DNA of 64,000 nt, from positions 1,920,001 through 1,984,000 of the forward strand of contig CAXXHO010000003.1 of assembly GCA_963667725.2 (NCBI GenBank). Direction: 5' to 3'. This DNA is from Treponemataceae bacterium (GTDB taxonomy: Bacteria > Spirochaetota > Spirochaetia > Treponematales > Rectinemataceae). The notes under the pieces are model-generated. The model did no database searches. It worked only from the letters and a program-made list of their open reading frames with translations, and was not told the origin of the DNA. Position numbers and translations under genes: made by a program. Below, piece by piece: positions 19,293-28,879 of the stretch. Every line of letters starts with the position of its first letter. The first letter of the stretch is position 1.

Positions 19293-20198
19293 TTAACGTT
19301 TGAGCTTAGGATCGAGGGCATCCCGAAGACCGTCCCCGAAAAGGTTCAGCCCGAATATAATCGCCATAATCGCGAGTCCAGGAAAGGTGATGACATGCCA
19401 ATGATCTCGTATATACGGCCGCGCCGCTGAAAGCATGGCTCCCCATTCCGGGGACGGCGGCTGGACGCCCATGCCTATAAAGCTTAAGGAAGCCGCTTCC
19501 AGTATCGATCTTGCGACGCTCATCGTCATATTCACTATTATTGGAGCCATGCAATTCGGCAGAATATGTCGCATTATAATCCTGTAATCGTTGGCGCCAA
19601 TCGATCTGGCCGCTTCGATATACTCCTGTTCCTTTACCGAGAGTATCGAAGCTCTGACGATGCGGGCATAGCCGGGGATCATGCCTATGCCAACCGCAAT
19701 GATGACATTGTTCATTCCAGGTCCGAGCGCCGCTACTATGGATATAGCGAGCAACATGCTCGGTATCGCCATCATGATATCGATTCCGCGCATTATCAGA
19801 TTATCCAGCTTCCCGCCATAGAAGCCTGCCAGAGATCCGAAAAAAATGCCGACACCTGCCGAAAAAAGCGCGGAAAATAGTCCAATCATTAAAGATACTC
19901 TTCCGCCAAAAAGAACACGACTGAATATATCCCTTCCAAGGTTATCCGTTCCAAAGATGTGCGATTTAGAAGGCGATACGAATCTGTTCAGAAGATCTTG
20001 GTCGTCAATACCATAGGGAGCGATGAAATCGGCGAATATTACGGAAAACAAAATGGCAACTATCAGAAAAAGACCGAATAAGGCAAGATTATTCTTCTTG
20101 AGGCTACTCCACGTCTCCCTTAATAGTCCGATCTTTTTGACAGGTTCAATGTCAATTTCCGTAGGGGCTGGAGTATTCGAGAACTCATCTTGAAACAT
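19293..20198 (-). CDS. oppC: Oligopeptide ABC permease (OppC/DppC)
   Basis: FGTDNLGRD, EAARSIGA EAA loop, GDGLRDALDP. Confidence 0.92.
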   Translation of the reverse strand: MFQDEFSNTPAPTEIDIEPVKKIGLLRETWSSLKKNNLALFGLFLIVAILFSVIFADFIAPYGIDDQDLLNRFVSPSKSHIFGTDNLGRDIFSRVLFGGRVSLMIGLFSALFSAGVGIFFGSLAGFYGGKLDNLIMRGIDIMMAIPSMLLAISIVAALGPGMNNVIIAVGIGMIPGYARIVRASILSVKEQEYIEAARSIGANDYRIIMRHILPNCMAPIIVNMTMSVARSILEAASLSFIGMGVQPPSPEWGAMLSAARPYIRDHWHVITFPGLAIMAIIFGLNLFGDGLRDALDPKLKR

Positions 20199-20214
20199 GC
20201 TATCCTCCAGGATG

Positions 20215-21183
20215 TCAAGCTTTTGCCGGAGCGGGTACCGCAGTCTTTCTGTGTTTTTTATACTGCGCTTTTATCCTTGGGTCGATAAACGCATAGAGAA
20301 TATCCACGAGAAGGTTGACTATGCTGAAACCAAGGGCTATGAACAGTACGCCGCCCTGGACCATTGGGTAATTCTTGACATTTATCGAATCGATCATAAG
20401 CTTCCCTATTCCGGGAATGGAAAAGATTGATTCGGTAAGAATCGCGCCGCCTAGCATCCCTCCGAAGGAAATGCCCACGACGGTTACGATAGGAATCAAT
20501 GCATTTCGCAGAGCGTGATTGAATATTATATTCAATTCGTTTTGTCCCTTAGCCCTGGCGGTGTTGATGTAGTCCTGCCTGATCACCTCGAGCATGCTTG
20601 ACCTTGTCTGACGCATTATATTTGCGGTCGATGCCAATCCCACGGTTATGGAAGGAAGAATCCACTGTATCGGTTTCGAAAATCCAGACGACGGAAACCA
20701 TCCGAGATATACGGAAAATACTATAATCAGCATTAATCCCGTCCAAAAGTTTGGCATGGAGACGCCGGTCAAGGCAAAAACAGTGGCAACATTGTCGAAA
20801 ATTGAGTATTGCTTAGTCGCCGCGATAATTCCTGTAATTATTCCTATTAACGTAGCCAGTCCAATACTGAGGCATGCAAGCGTCACTGTCGTTGGCAGTC
20901 TCTCCAATATTTCTGTTGTGACGGATCGACGCGTGGTATATGAAGTGCCAAAATCACCGTGCAGCAATATGTCTTTAAGATAATTGAAGAATTGGACGGG
21001 GAACGATTTATTTAATCCAAGCTCTTCTCTCAGCGCCGCGACGCTGGTCTCATTCGCGTCCATACCTAACATATATTCTGCTGGATCACCTGGAGTAAAA
21101 TAGATCATGCTGAATACGATCAGAGATACTCCAAACAAGACAGGCACCATCATCAGAAGCCTTTTCATTATATATCTCAGCAT
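20215..21183 (-). CDS. oppB: Oligopeptide ABC permease (OppB/DppB)
   Basis: PGDP, GDFGTS, TARAKG, HALRNA, DPRI. Confidence 0.92.
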   Translation of the reverse strand: MLRYIMKRLLMMVPVLFGVSLIVFSMIYFTPGDPAEYMLGMDANETSVAALREELGLNKSFPVQFFNYLKDILLHGDFGTSYTTRRSVTTEILERLPTTVTLACLSIGLATLIGIITGIIAATKQYSIFDNVATVFALTGVSMPNFWTGLMLIIVFSVYLGWFPSSGFSKPIQWILPSITVGLASTANIMRQTRSSMLEVIRQDYINTARAKGQNELNIIFNHALRNALIPIVTVVGISFGGMLGGAILTESIFSIPGIGKLMIDSINVKNYPMVQGGVLFIALGFSIVNLLVDILYAFIDPRIKAQYKKHRKTAVPAPAKA

Positions 21184-21246
21184 CGCTTTCTCCTGTAATT
21201 CAAGAAAAAAAACAGCTTATACGAATAGCAGCAGATATTTTCCTAA

Positions 21247-21633
21247 TCATCGCTTTATCGCGATGGCATCTATCTCAATAAGCGCGTTTTTCGGAAGCCG
21301 AGCCACTTGAACCGCAACTCTAGCCGGAAAATCAACAGTAAAAAATTCTTTATACACTTCATTCATAGAATTGAAATCGTCCATGTTCATCATATAAACA
21401 GTCACTTTAACGATATCTGACATATGTAAATCACACGCCTCAACAACCGCCATCAAGTTATCAAGGACTCGCCGGGTTTGGATGGAAATATCGCTTTGTA
21501 CGATAGATCCTGTTGCCGGATCTATCGGGAGTTGCCCGGATACGAATAGAAAGCCATCAACCCAAACACCTTGCGAGTAAGGGCCAATCGCGGAAGGTGC
21601 ATTGGTAGTCGAGACAATCCGCTTTGTATTCAT
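21247..21633 (-). CDS. ridA: RidA/YjgF enamine/imine deaminase
   Basis: APSAIGPYSQ, SGQLP, FPAR (catalytic Arg), LPK..IEIDAIA. Confidence 0.9.
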   Translation of the reverse strand: MNTKRIVSTTNAPSAIGPYSQGVWVDGFLFVSGQLPIDPATGSIVQSDISIQTRRVLDNLMAVVEACDLHMSDIVKVTVYMMNMDDFNSMNEVYKEFFTVDFPARVAVQVARLPKNALIEIDAIAIKR

Positions 21634-21634
21634 C

Positions 21635-22279
21635 CTAGTTCTCCTTTTTAATCCCATTTAAATACCTGTATACGGTGGCTTCCGATACATTCAGCCTGGA
21701 AGCCACTTTCATGACCGTACCTTTCAAGAGGAAGACTCCCCCCTCGTTCAATTTTTTGATTATCTCGATCTTTTCGGATTGCGACATTCTATCAGGAGGA
21801 ACACCATAAGCCTCAATGACATTTTCGATGCTATCATAGGCCAGTACATCGACCGTACGGCTAAATCTCTCTATTGGATCGGTCTTATCTTGCTGTTTCG
21901 GCTGCTGGAGAATACTGTCCAGATAATCCCTGAATTGGACGAGTTTTTCATCGTCTATGTTTATGCAAAGGAGCCCGATTATCTTCTGCGTATCATCACG
22001 TATAAAAAAAGTCGAAGAACGCAGCTTCTTGCCAAAAGTTGACACACCTTTATAGTTCGTCAGAGCATGCGAATTTTCCGCACTCCCATCCTTCAGGATC
22101 TTAAGAACAAGGTTCGTAGCTGGAGATCCTACCTCCCTGCCGCTAATGTGATTATTCGCTATGGCAATTATAGACTTGTCTATATCCAGTACGTCGTGAA
22201 GCACGATTTCGGTATCTTTGCCTAATACTACGGCGAGAAAATCAACCAAAGGAAGAAAGGGCTTTAAATATGGGTTCAT
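21635..22279 (-). CDS. YheO/DauR-like PAS-HTH transcriptional regulator
   Basis: EIVLHD, HISGREVGSP, LRSST, LCINID, GVFLLKG, C-terminal VSEATVYRYL HTH. Confidence 0.9.
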   Translation of the reverse strand: MNPYLKPFLPLVDFLAVVLGKDTEIVLHDVLDIDKSIIAIANNHISGREVGSPATNLVLKILKDGSAENSHALTNYKGVSTFGKKLRSSTFFIRDDTQKIIGLLCINIDDEKLVQFRDYLDSILQQPKQQDKTDPIERFSRTVDVLAYDSIENVIEAYGVPPDRMSQSEKIEIIKKLNEGGVFLLKGTVMKVASRLNVSEATVYRYLNGIKKEN

Positions 22280-22300
22280 AGTGGATCCTCATGCTTATTA

Positions 22301-22358
22301 TAATAAAATAGTATCGTGATAATAAATTATTTGTATCATGAGAATTGTGTTCCGTCAA
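22301..22358 (-). promoter_or_regulatory. Promoter plus shared 38-bp operator element, copy 2
   Basis: Minus strand TTGACG-N17-TACAAA followed by the same element as copy 1. Confidence 0.7.
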
Positions 22359-22463
22359 CTCTTTTCGTGATAATAATAGCTTATGGAATTCCCAATATTT
22401 TACGTGACGAATCTATAATAGAAGACTTGATAAATAGTGAGGATCGGTGTCAAACCTGTTTAT

Positions 22464-22499
22464 AAAAACGACCCCCGGAAGAAAATCCTCCGGAGGTCG
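22464..22499 (-). terminator. Rho-independent terminator downstream of ilvD
   Basis: CGACCTCCGGAGG-N5-CTTCCGGGGGTCG-TTTTT on the minus strand. Confidence 0.75.
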
Positions 22500-22582
22500 C
22501 CTGTCGATGCGCGGGGCAGCGCGGCGCCACCATGCGAAGCCGGCGCGGCGCGGCAGGAGCAGCGCGCCGGCCCGCTAAGCAA

Positions 22583-24241
22583 TCACTCCAGCACGGCGCC
22601 CTTCATTCCCGAGGTGACAACGCGCCTGTAGCGGGTGAGGAAGGGACTTTCGGTGGGCTGGACATAGGGCTTCCACTCTGCCTTGCGGCGCGCCAGCTCG
22701 GCGGCGTCCACGAGGAGGTCGAGCCTCTTGGCTGGTATGTCGATGCTGATCGTGTCGCCTTCGCGCACGAGGGCGATGGGGCCGCCGCCGGCGGCCTCGG
22801 GCGAGACATGGCCGATCGCGGCGCCTCGCGACGCGCCGGAGAACCTTCCGTCGGTGATGAGGGCAACGGTCTTGTCCATGCCCATGCCAGCCAGGGCCGA
22901 TGTGGGCGTGAGCATCTCGCGCATGCCGGGGCCGCCCTTGGGCCCTTCGTAGCGGATGACCAGCACGTCACCGTCGACGATTTTCCTGGCCTGGATCGCC
23001 GCGAAAGCTTCTTCCTCGCTGTTGAACACCCTCGCCGGTCCCGTGTGGACAAGCATTTCGGGCGCCACGGCGGCCTGTTTGACCACGCTGCCGTCGGGGG
23101 CGAGAGAGCCGCGCAGGATGGCAAGACCGCCAGTCGCGTGGTATGGCCTGTCCAGAGGACGGATCACTTCCGGGTTTTTCACCCATGCGCCAGCGAGATT
23201 TTCCTTCACAGTCTTGCCCGTGACTGTGATCAAATCGTCCTTGAGGAGGCCCCCCGCGGCAAGCTGGGCCATCAGCGCCTGTACGCCGCCCGCCTGATAC
23301 AGGTCCTGGATATGATGGGATCCGCCGGGCGACATGGAGCAGAGATGAGGCACCTTGCTCCCTATCCTGTTGAAGAGTTCGATGTCAAAGTCCACGCCAG
23401 CGGCCCAGGCGATGGCGGGCAGATGGAGCGTCGTGTTCGTGGAGCCTCCAAGGGCAAGATCCACCGCCACGGCGTTCTCGAAGGCCGCGCGCGTGAGAAT
23501 ATCTCTCGGCTTGATGTCCTTTTCGACGAGATTCATGATGGCCCTTCCCGCTTCCTTGGCCAGGCGATCGCGCGCGGAGTAGACCGCCGGAATCGTGCCG
23601 TTGCCGGGCAGGCCGAGGCCGAGGGCTTCCATCATGCAGTTCATCGTGTTGGCGGTGAACATGCCCGAGCAGGAACCGCAGCCCGGACAAGCCGCGTTTT
23701 CGACCTCCAGGAGGTCCGCGTCGCTCGCCGTGCCGGCGATGTGCTTGCCCACGGTCTCGAACACCGTATTGAGGTCGATTTCCTTCCCGTTGAGCATTCC
23801 CGTGAGCATGGGTCCGCCGGAAATGACGACGGAGGGAATACTCAGCTTCGCCGCCGCCATCGCCATGCCCGGAATGATCTTGTCGCAGTTGGTCACCATG
23901 ACGAGACCGTCGAAGGCATGCCCCTGCGCCATGACCTCGATCGAGTCCATGATAAGCTCGCGCGAAGGCAGGGAAAACTTCATGCCCATGTGGTTCATGG
24001 CTATGCCATCGCAGACGCCGATCGTCGGGAACTCTATGGGCAGGCCGCCGGCCGCGTAGATGCCGGCCTTCACCGCGTCCACGATCCGGTTTAAATGGAC
24101 GTGGCCGGGAATGATCTGGTTGTAGGAATTGGCGACCCCGATCCAAGGCCGCTCAATCTCCCAGTCTGTATAGCCCGCTGCCTTGAGCAGAGCCCGATGA
24201 GGAGCCCTCTGAGGACCTAGTTTCGCTCTATCGCTTCGCAT
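22583..24241 (-). CDS. ilvD: IlvD/Edd-family dehydratase (dihydroxy-acid dehydratase-like; possibly a sugar-acid dehydratase)
   Basis: [49 protein letters not shown]. Confidence 0.88.
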   Translation of the reverse strand: MRSDRAKLGPQRAPHRALLKAAGYTDWEIERPWIGVANSYNQIIPGHVHLNRIVDAVKAGIYAAGGLPIEFPTIGVCDGIAMNHMGMKFSLPSRELIMDSIEVMAQGHAFDGLVMVTNCDKIIPGMAMAAAKLSIPSVVISGGPMLTGMLNGKEIDLNTVFETVGKHIAGTASDADLLEVENAACPGCGSCSGMFTANTMNCMMEALGLGLPGNGTIPAVYSARDRLAKEAGRAIMNLVEKDIKPRDILTRAAFENAVAVDLALGGSTNTTLHLPAIAWAAGVDFDIELFNRIGSKVPHLCSMSPGGSHHIQDLYQAGGVQALMAQLAAGGLLKDDLITVTGKTVKENLAGAWVKNPEVIRPLDRPYHATGGLAILRGSLAPDGSVVKQAAVAPEMLVHTGPARVFNSEEEAFAAIQARKIVDGDVLVIRYEGPKGGPGMREMLTPTSALAGMGMDKTVALITDGRFSGASRGAAIGHVSPEAAGGGPIALVREGDTISIDIPAKRLDLLVDAAELARRKAEWKPYVQPTESPFLTRYRRVVTSGMKGAVLE

Positions 24242-24278
24242 TGTTAATCTCCTTGATATATCGCTTCGAATCCCGCTA

Positions 24279-25550
24279 TCAGCCGAGCCCAGGCAGGAAG
24301 AGCACCAATTGCGGCACATAGGTTATGAGCAGGAAAACCGAGATCAGTATGATAACCATGGGGATGATGGGCTTCGTTATTCTTCCCATCGGCAGCCCTG
24401 TAATCGCGCTCGCCACGTAAATATCGATGGCGACGGGAGGCGTGGCCATGCCGATGGCGAGTCCCACGGTGAGGACGACGCCGAAATGTATCAGGTTGCC
24501 GCCCACGCCCAGTATGGCCGGAAGGAATATCGGCGTCAGGATGATGAGCGCCGAGGCTGTCTCCATGAACATTCCCGACAGAAGGATGATGACGTCGATC
24601 ATCAGGTAAACCAGGATGGCGTTGTTGTTCGTCACGCTGAGCATGGCGCCCGCTATCGCCTGGGGAATCTGGTAAAACGCGAGGCCCCAGCCGAACACCT
24701 TCGATGTCGCGATGATGAACATGATGAGGGCTGAGGTGACCCCTGACCCCACCACAAGCTTATAGAATTTCTTGAAGTCGAGGGCTTTATAGACGAAGAT
24801 CGCCACGATGAGGGTATAGACTACGGCGATGGCCGCGGCCTCCGAGGGCGTGAAGACGCCCGAGAAGATGCCGCCGAGGATGATGATCGGGCACATGAGT
24901 CCCCAGGTAGCCGTCCCGAATCGCTTCAGGATTTCCCTGGCGGAATATTTCTTTCCGGCGGGGTAATTCCGTTTTTTCGCGATGTAGATAGCCCAGACGA
25001 TAAGGCCTACACCCATGAGAGTGCCGGGGATGAATCCGCCCAGGAAGAGTTTGGCCACCGATTCGCCGGCGATAACGGCATAGAGAACCATGGGAACCGA
25101 TGGGGGTATGACGACGCCGATCGTACCAGCCGACGCGATAAGCGCGGCCGAGAAGTCCACGTCGTACTTCCTCTCCTCGAGCTCGGGCAGGAGTGAGGCG
25201 CCAACGGCGGCCGTCGTCGCGGCGCCCGAACCGGAAATGGCCGCGATGAACATGGATGCCAGCACCGACACGATGGACAGTCCGCCCCTAATCCGTCCGA
25301 GACAGGCTTCCGCGAAGGCTACGATGCGCTCTGAAATACCTCCCCGCGCGAGGACGTCGCCGGCGAGGATAAAGAAGGGAACCGCCACGAGGGAGAAGGA
25401 GTTGTTACCTTCGAACAGCGTCTGGGGAACCATCTGCAGAGGGATGCCGCTCGTGATGAACACGACGAGAGCGGAAAGGCCGATGGAAAGGCCGATGGGC
25501 ACGCCGATCAGCAGGAAGAGGAAAAAAGCGCCGAATATCAGGTAACCCAT
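24279..25550 (-). CDS. dctM: TRAP transporter large permease
   Basis: AVPFF, SGSGAA, IPPSVPM, TPSEAA, TPPVA. Confidence 0.93.
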   Translation of the reverse strand: MGYLIFGAFFLFLLIGVPIGLSIGLSALVVFITSGIPLQMVPQTLFEGNNSFSLVAVPFFILAGDVLARGGISERIVAFAEACLGRIRGGLSIVSVLASMFIAAISGSGAATTAAVGASLLPELEERKYDVDFSAALIASAGTIGVVIPPSVPMVLYAVIAGESVAKLFLGGFIPGTLMGVGLIVWAIYIAKKRNYPAGKKYSAREILKRFGTATWGLMCPIIILGGIFSGVFTPSEAAAIAVVYTLIVAIFVYKALDFKKFYKLVVGSGVTSALIMFIIATSKVFGWGLAFYQIPQAIAGAMLSVTNNNAILVYLMIDVIILLSGMFMETASALIILTPIFLPAILGVGGNLIHFGVVLTVGLAIGMATPPVAIDIYVASAITGLPMGRITKPIIPMVIILISVFLLITYVPQLVLFLPGLG

Positions 25551-25551
25551 A

Positions 25552-26052
25552 TCAGCTCCTTTTCCAGATCGTCGCGAGGGAATCGGCGATATGAATCAGC
25601 ACGATGCACCCCACCAGGGGATACATGAGATAAATCCACTTCATGGACACCATCATGGCCGGGGAAAGCTGGCCGGCTTCCGTCTTCATGAGATAGGCGC
25701 CGTAATACGCCACGACCGTGAAAAACAGGACACCCAGAAGGCCGATAACCGTCCGCATGACGTTCTTCGCGACCGGCGGCAACTTATCGAGCACGAAGGT
25801 GACGGCGATATGGTTGCCCTTCTTGAAGGCGACCGCTGTCCCCAGGAGGCTGGCGAAGACGAGGAGGAAGCAGGCCAGCTCCTCGGACCAGGTGAGGGCG
25901 TCGAAGAAAAACCTGAAAACGACCTGGGCCACGGTCACGATCACCATGAGGACGAGCGTTACGAATAATGCCGCCTCGGTGATCGTGTTGATCCGGTCGC
26001 TCAGTGAATGGAGGAAGCTTGAAGGATGCTTCCCCTCTTCAGTTGAGGACAT
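25552..26052 (-). CDS. dctQ: TRAP transporter small permease
   Basis: QVVFRF..WSEEL, four TM segments; RBS GGAG before MSSTEE. Confidence 0.9.
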   Translation of the reverse strand: MSSTEEGKHPSSFLHSLSDRINTITEAALFVTLVLMVIVTVAQVVFRFFFDALTWSEELACFLLVFASLLGTAVAFKKGNHIAVTFVLDKLPPVAKNVMRTVIGLLGVLFFTVVAYYGAYLMKTEAGQLSPAMMVSMKWIYLMYPLVGCIVLIHIADSLATIWKRS

Positions 26053-26065
26053 TATTGTCTCCTGT

Positions 26066-27025
26066 TCATTTCGTCGCGAGAATGGCGTCCAGGAAATCCT
26101 GGCCATATTCGGCCGCGTATTTCGCGTAGACCGGCTTTACGGCTTCCAGGAAAGGCTTGAGGCTGGGGGTCGCGATCTGCATGCCCTTGGCCGTCAGGTC
26201 TTTCATCCACTGAGCCTCGCTCGCGTTGTTGAAGTCGCGCTCGAACTGGGCCGCTTCCTTCGCCGCCTTCATCACCGCATCCTTCTGGGCGGGCTTGAGC
26301 TTGTCCCAGGTTTTCATGCTCATGATGAGAGGAGCCGGCGCATAGGCGTGGCGGGTGATCGTCATGTATTTCTGGCTGTCGTAAAGCTTGAAGGAGACGA
26401 TGACGTTGAGGGGATTTTCCTGCCCGTCGATCGTGCCCTGCTGAAGGGCGGTAAGCGCCTCAGTCCAGGCCATCGGCACAGCGTTGGCTCCCAGAGCCTT
26501 GAACGAATCCACGTAAATGGGGTTCTGCATCAGTCTGATCTTGAGGCCTTTCATGTCGGCCGGCGAATTGACCGCGTGCTTGCTGTTGGTCAGGTTCCTG
26601 AAACCGCGCTCGGCCCAGGCGAGTCCCTTCCATCCCTGCTTTTCAGCTTCCGCGAAGAGCTGGTCGCCGATGGGTCCGTCGAGAACGGCGTAGGCATGCT
26701 GGGGGTCCCTGAAGAGGAAGGGCAGGTCGATGGCGCCGAACCTCGGAACGAAATTGATGAAAGGTCCGTTCGTGATGATGGCCGAGTCGACGATGCCCAT
26801 CTTCATGCGTTCGAGGAGGGTTCTCTCGTCGCCCAGGACGGCGTTCGGGAAAATCGTGACCTTGACTTCACCGTTCGTGTACTTTTCCGTCAGTTCCTTG
26901 AATTTGGTCGCCGCCAAATGGAAAGAATCCTGCTCGTTGACTACATGGGCCAGTTTAATGTCGATCGCGAAGCTCGGGGTGATGAGAGCCGCCGCGAGAA
27001 CCAGGATGAGAAGCGCGCGTTTCAT
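26066..27025 (-). CDS. dctP: TRAP transporter substrate-binding protein
   Basis: Signal peptide, GFRN, KGLKIR, DGQENP. Confidence 0.93.
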   Translation of the reverse strand: MKRALLILVLAAALITPSFAIDIKLAHVVNEQDSFHLAATKFKELTEKYTNGEVKVTIFPNAVLGDERTLLERMKMGIVDSAIITNGPFINFVPRFGAIDLPFLFRDPQHAYAVLDGPIGDQLFAEAEKQGWKGLAWAERGFRNLTNSKHAVNSPADMKGLKIRLMQNPIYVDSFKALGANAVPMAWTEALTALQQGTIDGQENPLNVIVSFKLYDSQKYMTITRHAYAPAPLIMSMKTWDKLKPAQKDAVMKAAKEAAQFERDFNNASEAQWMKDLTAKGMQIATPSLKPFLEAVKPVYAKYAAEYGQDFLDAILATK

Positions 27026-27047
27026 AGTTTCCTCCTAATAAACGCCT

Positions 27048-27109
27048 TGGTACTACCTTGGTAGTACCATGTTGCCTGAAATGCTAAACCAGGTATATAA
27101 TCATGTCAA
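27048..27109 (-). promoter_or_regulatory. Promoter and FadR-type palindromic operator for the TRAP-ilvD operon
   Basis: TTGACA(27109-27104)-N17-TAGCAT; TGGTACTACC-TT-GGTAGTACCA at 27048-27069. Confidence 0.75.
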
Positions 27110-27120
27110 GGTATTTTACG

Positions 27121-27819
27121 ATGGAAAAGAAAAGAGAAGAGCTCGTAAGAAAAGTTTTAGACATGATACAGGATCCCCAGGGTTTCCAGGACGGGAAGCT
27201 GCCGCCAGAGCGAGAGCTCGCCCTCCAGCTGGGCATAAGCCGCAACCTCCTGCGCGAGGTGATCATCACCCTCGAAGCCATGGGCTATATTTCCATACGG
27301 GAACGGCAGGGAGCCTTCATCGTCAAGCCCAACCCTGACGATTTTACCGCCAGCCTCAAGCTGGCCTCCTTCTGGCCCGACGACATGCTCATCAACGTCA
27401 TGGAGATGCGCCTCATCATCGAACCGCCCATCGCCGGCCTCGCCGCCCTCAGACGAAGCGAGGAAGAACTCGCGAAAATGAAGGAGTGCGTCGCCAAACT
27501 CGTCGCCATGCACGCGAGCCCCAGCCATGGCGCCTCGAGCGGAGGCCAGTGGGATTCGATGCTCCACATGCTGATCGTCCAGGCGGCGCGCAATCCCCTT
27601 CTCGCCCGCCTTTACGAAGGCCTGTCTTCCACGATGGACCAGTATATCGTCCTCAGCCGCGTCAAGCTGCTCGCCCTGCCCCAATGGCCGCAGAAAATCA
27701 TCGAGGAACATTCAGCCCTCGTCGCGGCCATCGAGGCCAAGGACGAGACTGCCGCCAGGGAGGCGCAGAGCAGGCATCTGGGAAGCGCCCTCGCCATGCT
27801 CAAGGAAATCTCGAAATGA
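27121..27819 (+). CDS. GntR/FadR-family regulator
   Basis: KLPPERELA..GISR..LRE wHTH; FCD domain with H..IV, NPLL, EHSAL. Confidence 0.92.
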   Translation: MEKKREELVRKVLDMIQDPQGFQDGKLPPERELALQLGISRNLLREVIITLEAMGYISIRERQGAFIVKPNPDDFTASLKLASFWPDDMLINVMEMRLIIEPPIAGLAALRRSEEELAKMKECVAKLVAMHASPSHGASSGGQWDSMLHMLIVQAARNPLLARLYEGLSSTMDQYIVLSRVKLLALPQWPQKIIEEHSALVAAIEAKDETAAREAQSRHLGSALAMLKEISK

Positions 27820-28232
27820 ATGTGGATCTCATAGCGGCTTCCATAGAAGCATCGATCGAGGTGGATTTCTCCAGGGCTGGAGGTCCGGGCGGGCAGAACG
27901 TCAACAAAGTAAACACGAAAGTGACCGCGAGGCTCGCTATCGACGCGATACAGGGCCTGAACGCCGCCGAACGGCGCATCATGGCCTCGAAACTCGCTAA
28001 CCGCATCACCACCGAGGGCTTTCTCACCATCCAGGTAAGCGATGAGCGCACCCAGGGCGCCAACAGGCAGATAGCCTTCGAAAGGCTCCTCTCCCTCATC
28101 GTCGCCGCGGCGAAGCGCGATCCGCCCCGAATCCCCACAAAACCCGGCCGCGCCGCCCGCGAACGGCGCATGGCTTCCAAAAAAGTCCGCGGCCGCACGA
28201 AACAGGACAGGCGCGGCCCCCTCGCCGACTGA
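27816..28232 (+). CDS. arfB: Alternative ribosome rescue factor B (peptidyl-tRNA hydrolase)
   Basis: SRAGGPGGQNVNKV, RTQGAN, basic C-terminal tail PTKP..RERR..KK; ATGA overlap with gntR. Confidence 0.92.
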   Translation: MNVDLIAASIEASIEVDFSRAGGPGGQNVNKVNTKVTARLAIDAIQGLNAAERRIMASKLANRITTEGFLTIQVSDERTQGANRQIAFERLLSLIVAAAKRDPPRIPTKPGRAARERRMASKKVRGRTKQDRRGPLAD

Positions 28233-28233
28233 A

Positions 28234-28270
28234 AAGTTAAAAAATGGGGTCAGACCCCATTTTTTAACTT
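28234..28270. terminator. Perfect 18-bp inverted repeat between convergent arfB and bcp (bidirectional terminator or REP-like)
   Basis: AAGTTAAAAAATGGGGTC-A-GACCCCATTTTTTAACTT. Confidence 0.75.
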
Positions 28271-28733
28271 AAAGCCCTTCCAGGATCTTCGCGGCGTGGC
28301 CTGCGGGCGTCACCTTCGGGAAGACCTTCGCCACGATGCCGTCGCCGCCGATCACGAAGGTGGAGCGGATCACTCCCAGCACCTTCTTGCCGTACATCAT
28401 CTTCTCGCCCCAGGCGCCATATGCCGCAAGGACCTTTTTCTCCGGATCGGAGAGGAGGATGAAAGGAAGCTCGTATTTTTTCCTGAACTTCGCGTGGGCG
28501 GCAGGCGAATCCGGACTCACGCCTACGACACGAATGCCTCGCTTCGCGAATTCGCCATAATTGTCGCGGAAGGAACAAGCTTCCACCGTGCATCCGGGCG
28601 TATCGTCGCGGGGATAGAAATACAGGATAAAACCGGGCGATCCGGAACCGCCGCACAGCTCGCCGAGGGTCCAGATCCTGCCCTCCGAATCCGACAGGGA
28701 AAAATCGGGCGCCTTCATGCCTTTTTCGATCAT
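28269..28733 (-). CDS. bcp: Thioredoxin-dependent peroxiredoxin Bcp
   Basis: YFYPRDDTPGCTVEACSFRD, GVSPD, RSTFVI. Confidence 0.93.
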   Translation of the reverse strand: MIEKGMKAPDFSLSDSEGRIWTLGELCGGSGSPGFILYFYPRDDTPGCTVEACSFRDNYGEFAKRGIRVVGVSPDSPAAHAKFRKKYELPFILLSDPEKKVLAAYGAWGEKMMYGKKVLGVIRSTFVIGGDGIVAKVFPKVTPAGHAAKILEGL

Positions 28734-28842
28734 GCCGAGCCTCCGTGTGTTCCATACTACCGTTCAGTCCGTGCGCCGGCAATGTGATGTGCGAGCATGG
28801 CAGAATAATTGCCATTAACGCGACAGGCTTATATAGAAATTC

Positions 28843-28872
28843 TTGACAATCCGCAATACAATTGCATATTAT
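28843..28872 (+). promoter_or_regulatory. Leaderless promoter with a palindrome in its spacer
   Basis: TTGACA-N18-TATTAT-N7-ATG; GCAAT-ACA-ATTGC lies in the spacer. Confidence 0.6.
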
Positions 28873-28879
28873 CAAGAAT

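Noticed and set aside
12280..22460. Low-GC island as a transposon or prophage
   Set aside because: No integrase, transposase, tRNA target or target-site duplication seen; the inverted elements coincide with promoters.
22532..24094. 520-aa ORF antisense to ilvD
   Set aside because: Antisense shadow caused by codon bias; no RBS or domain.
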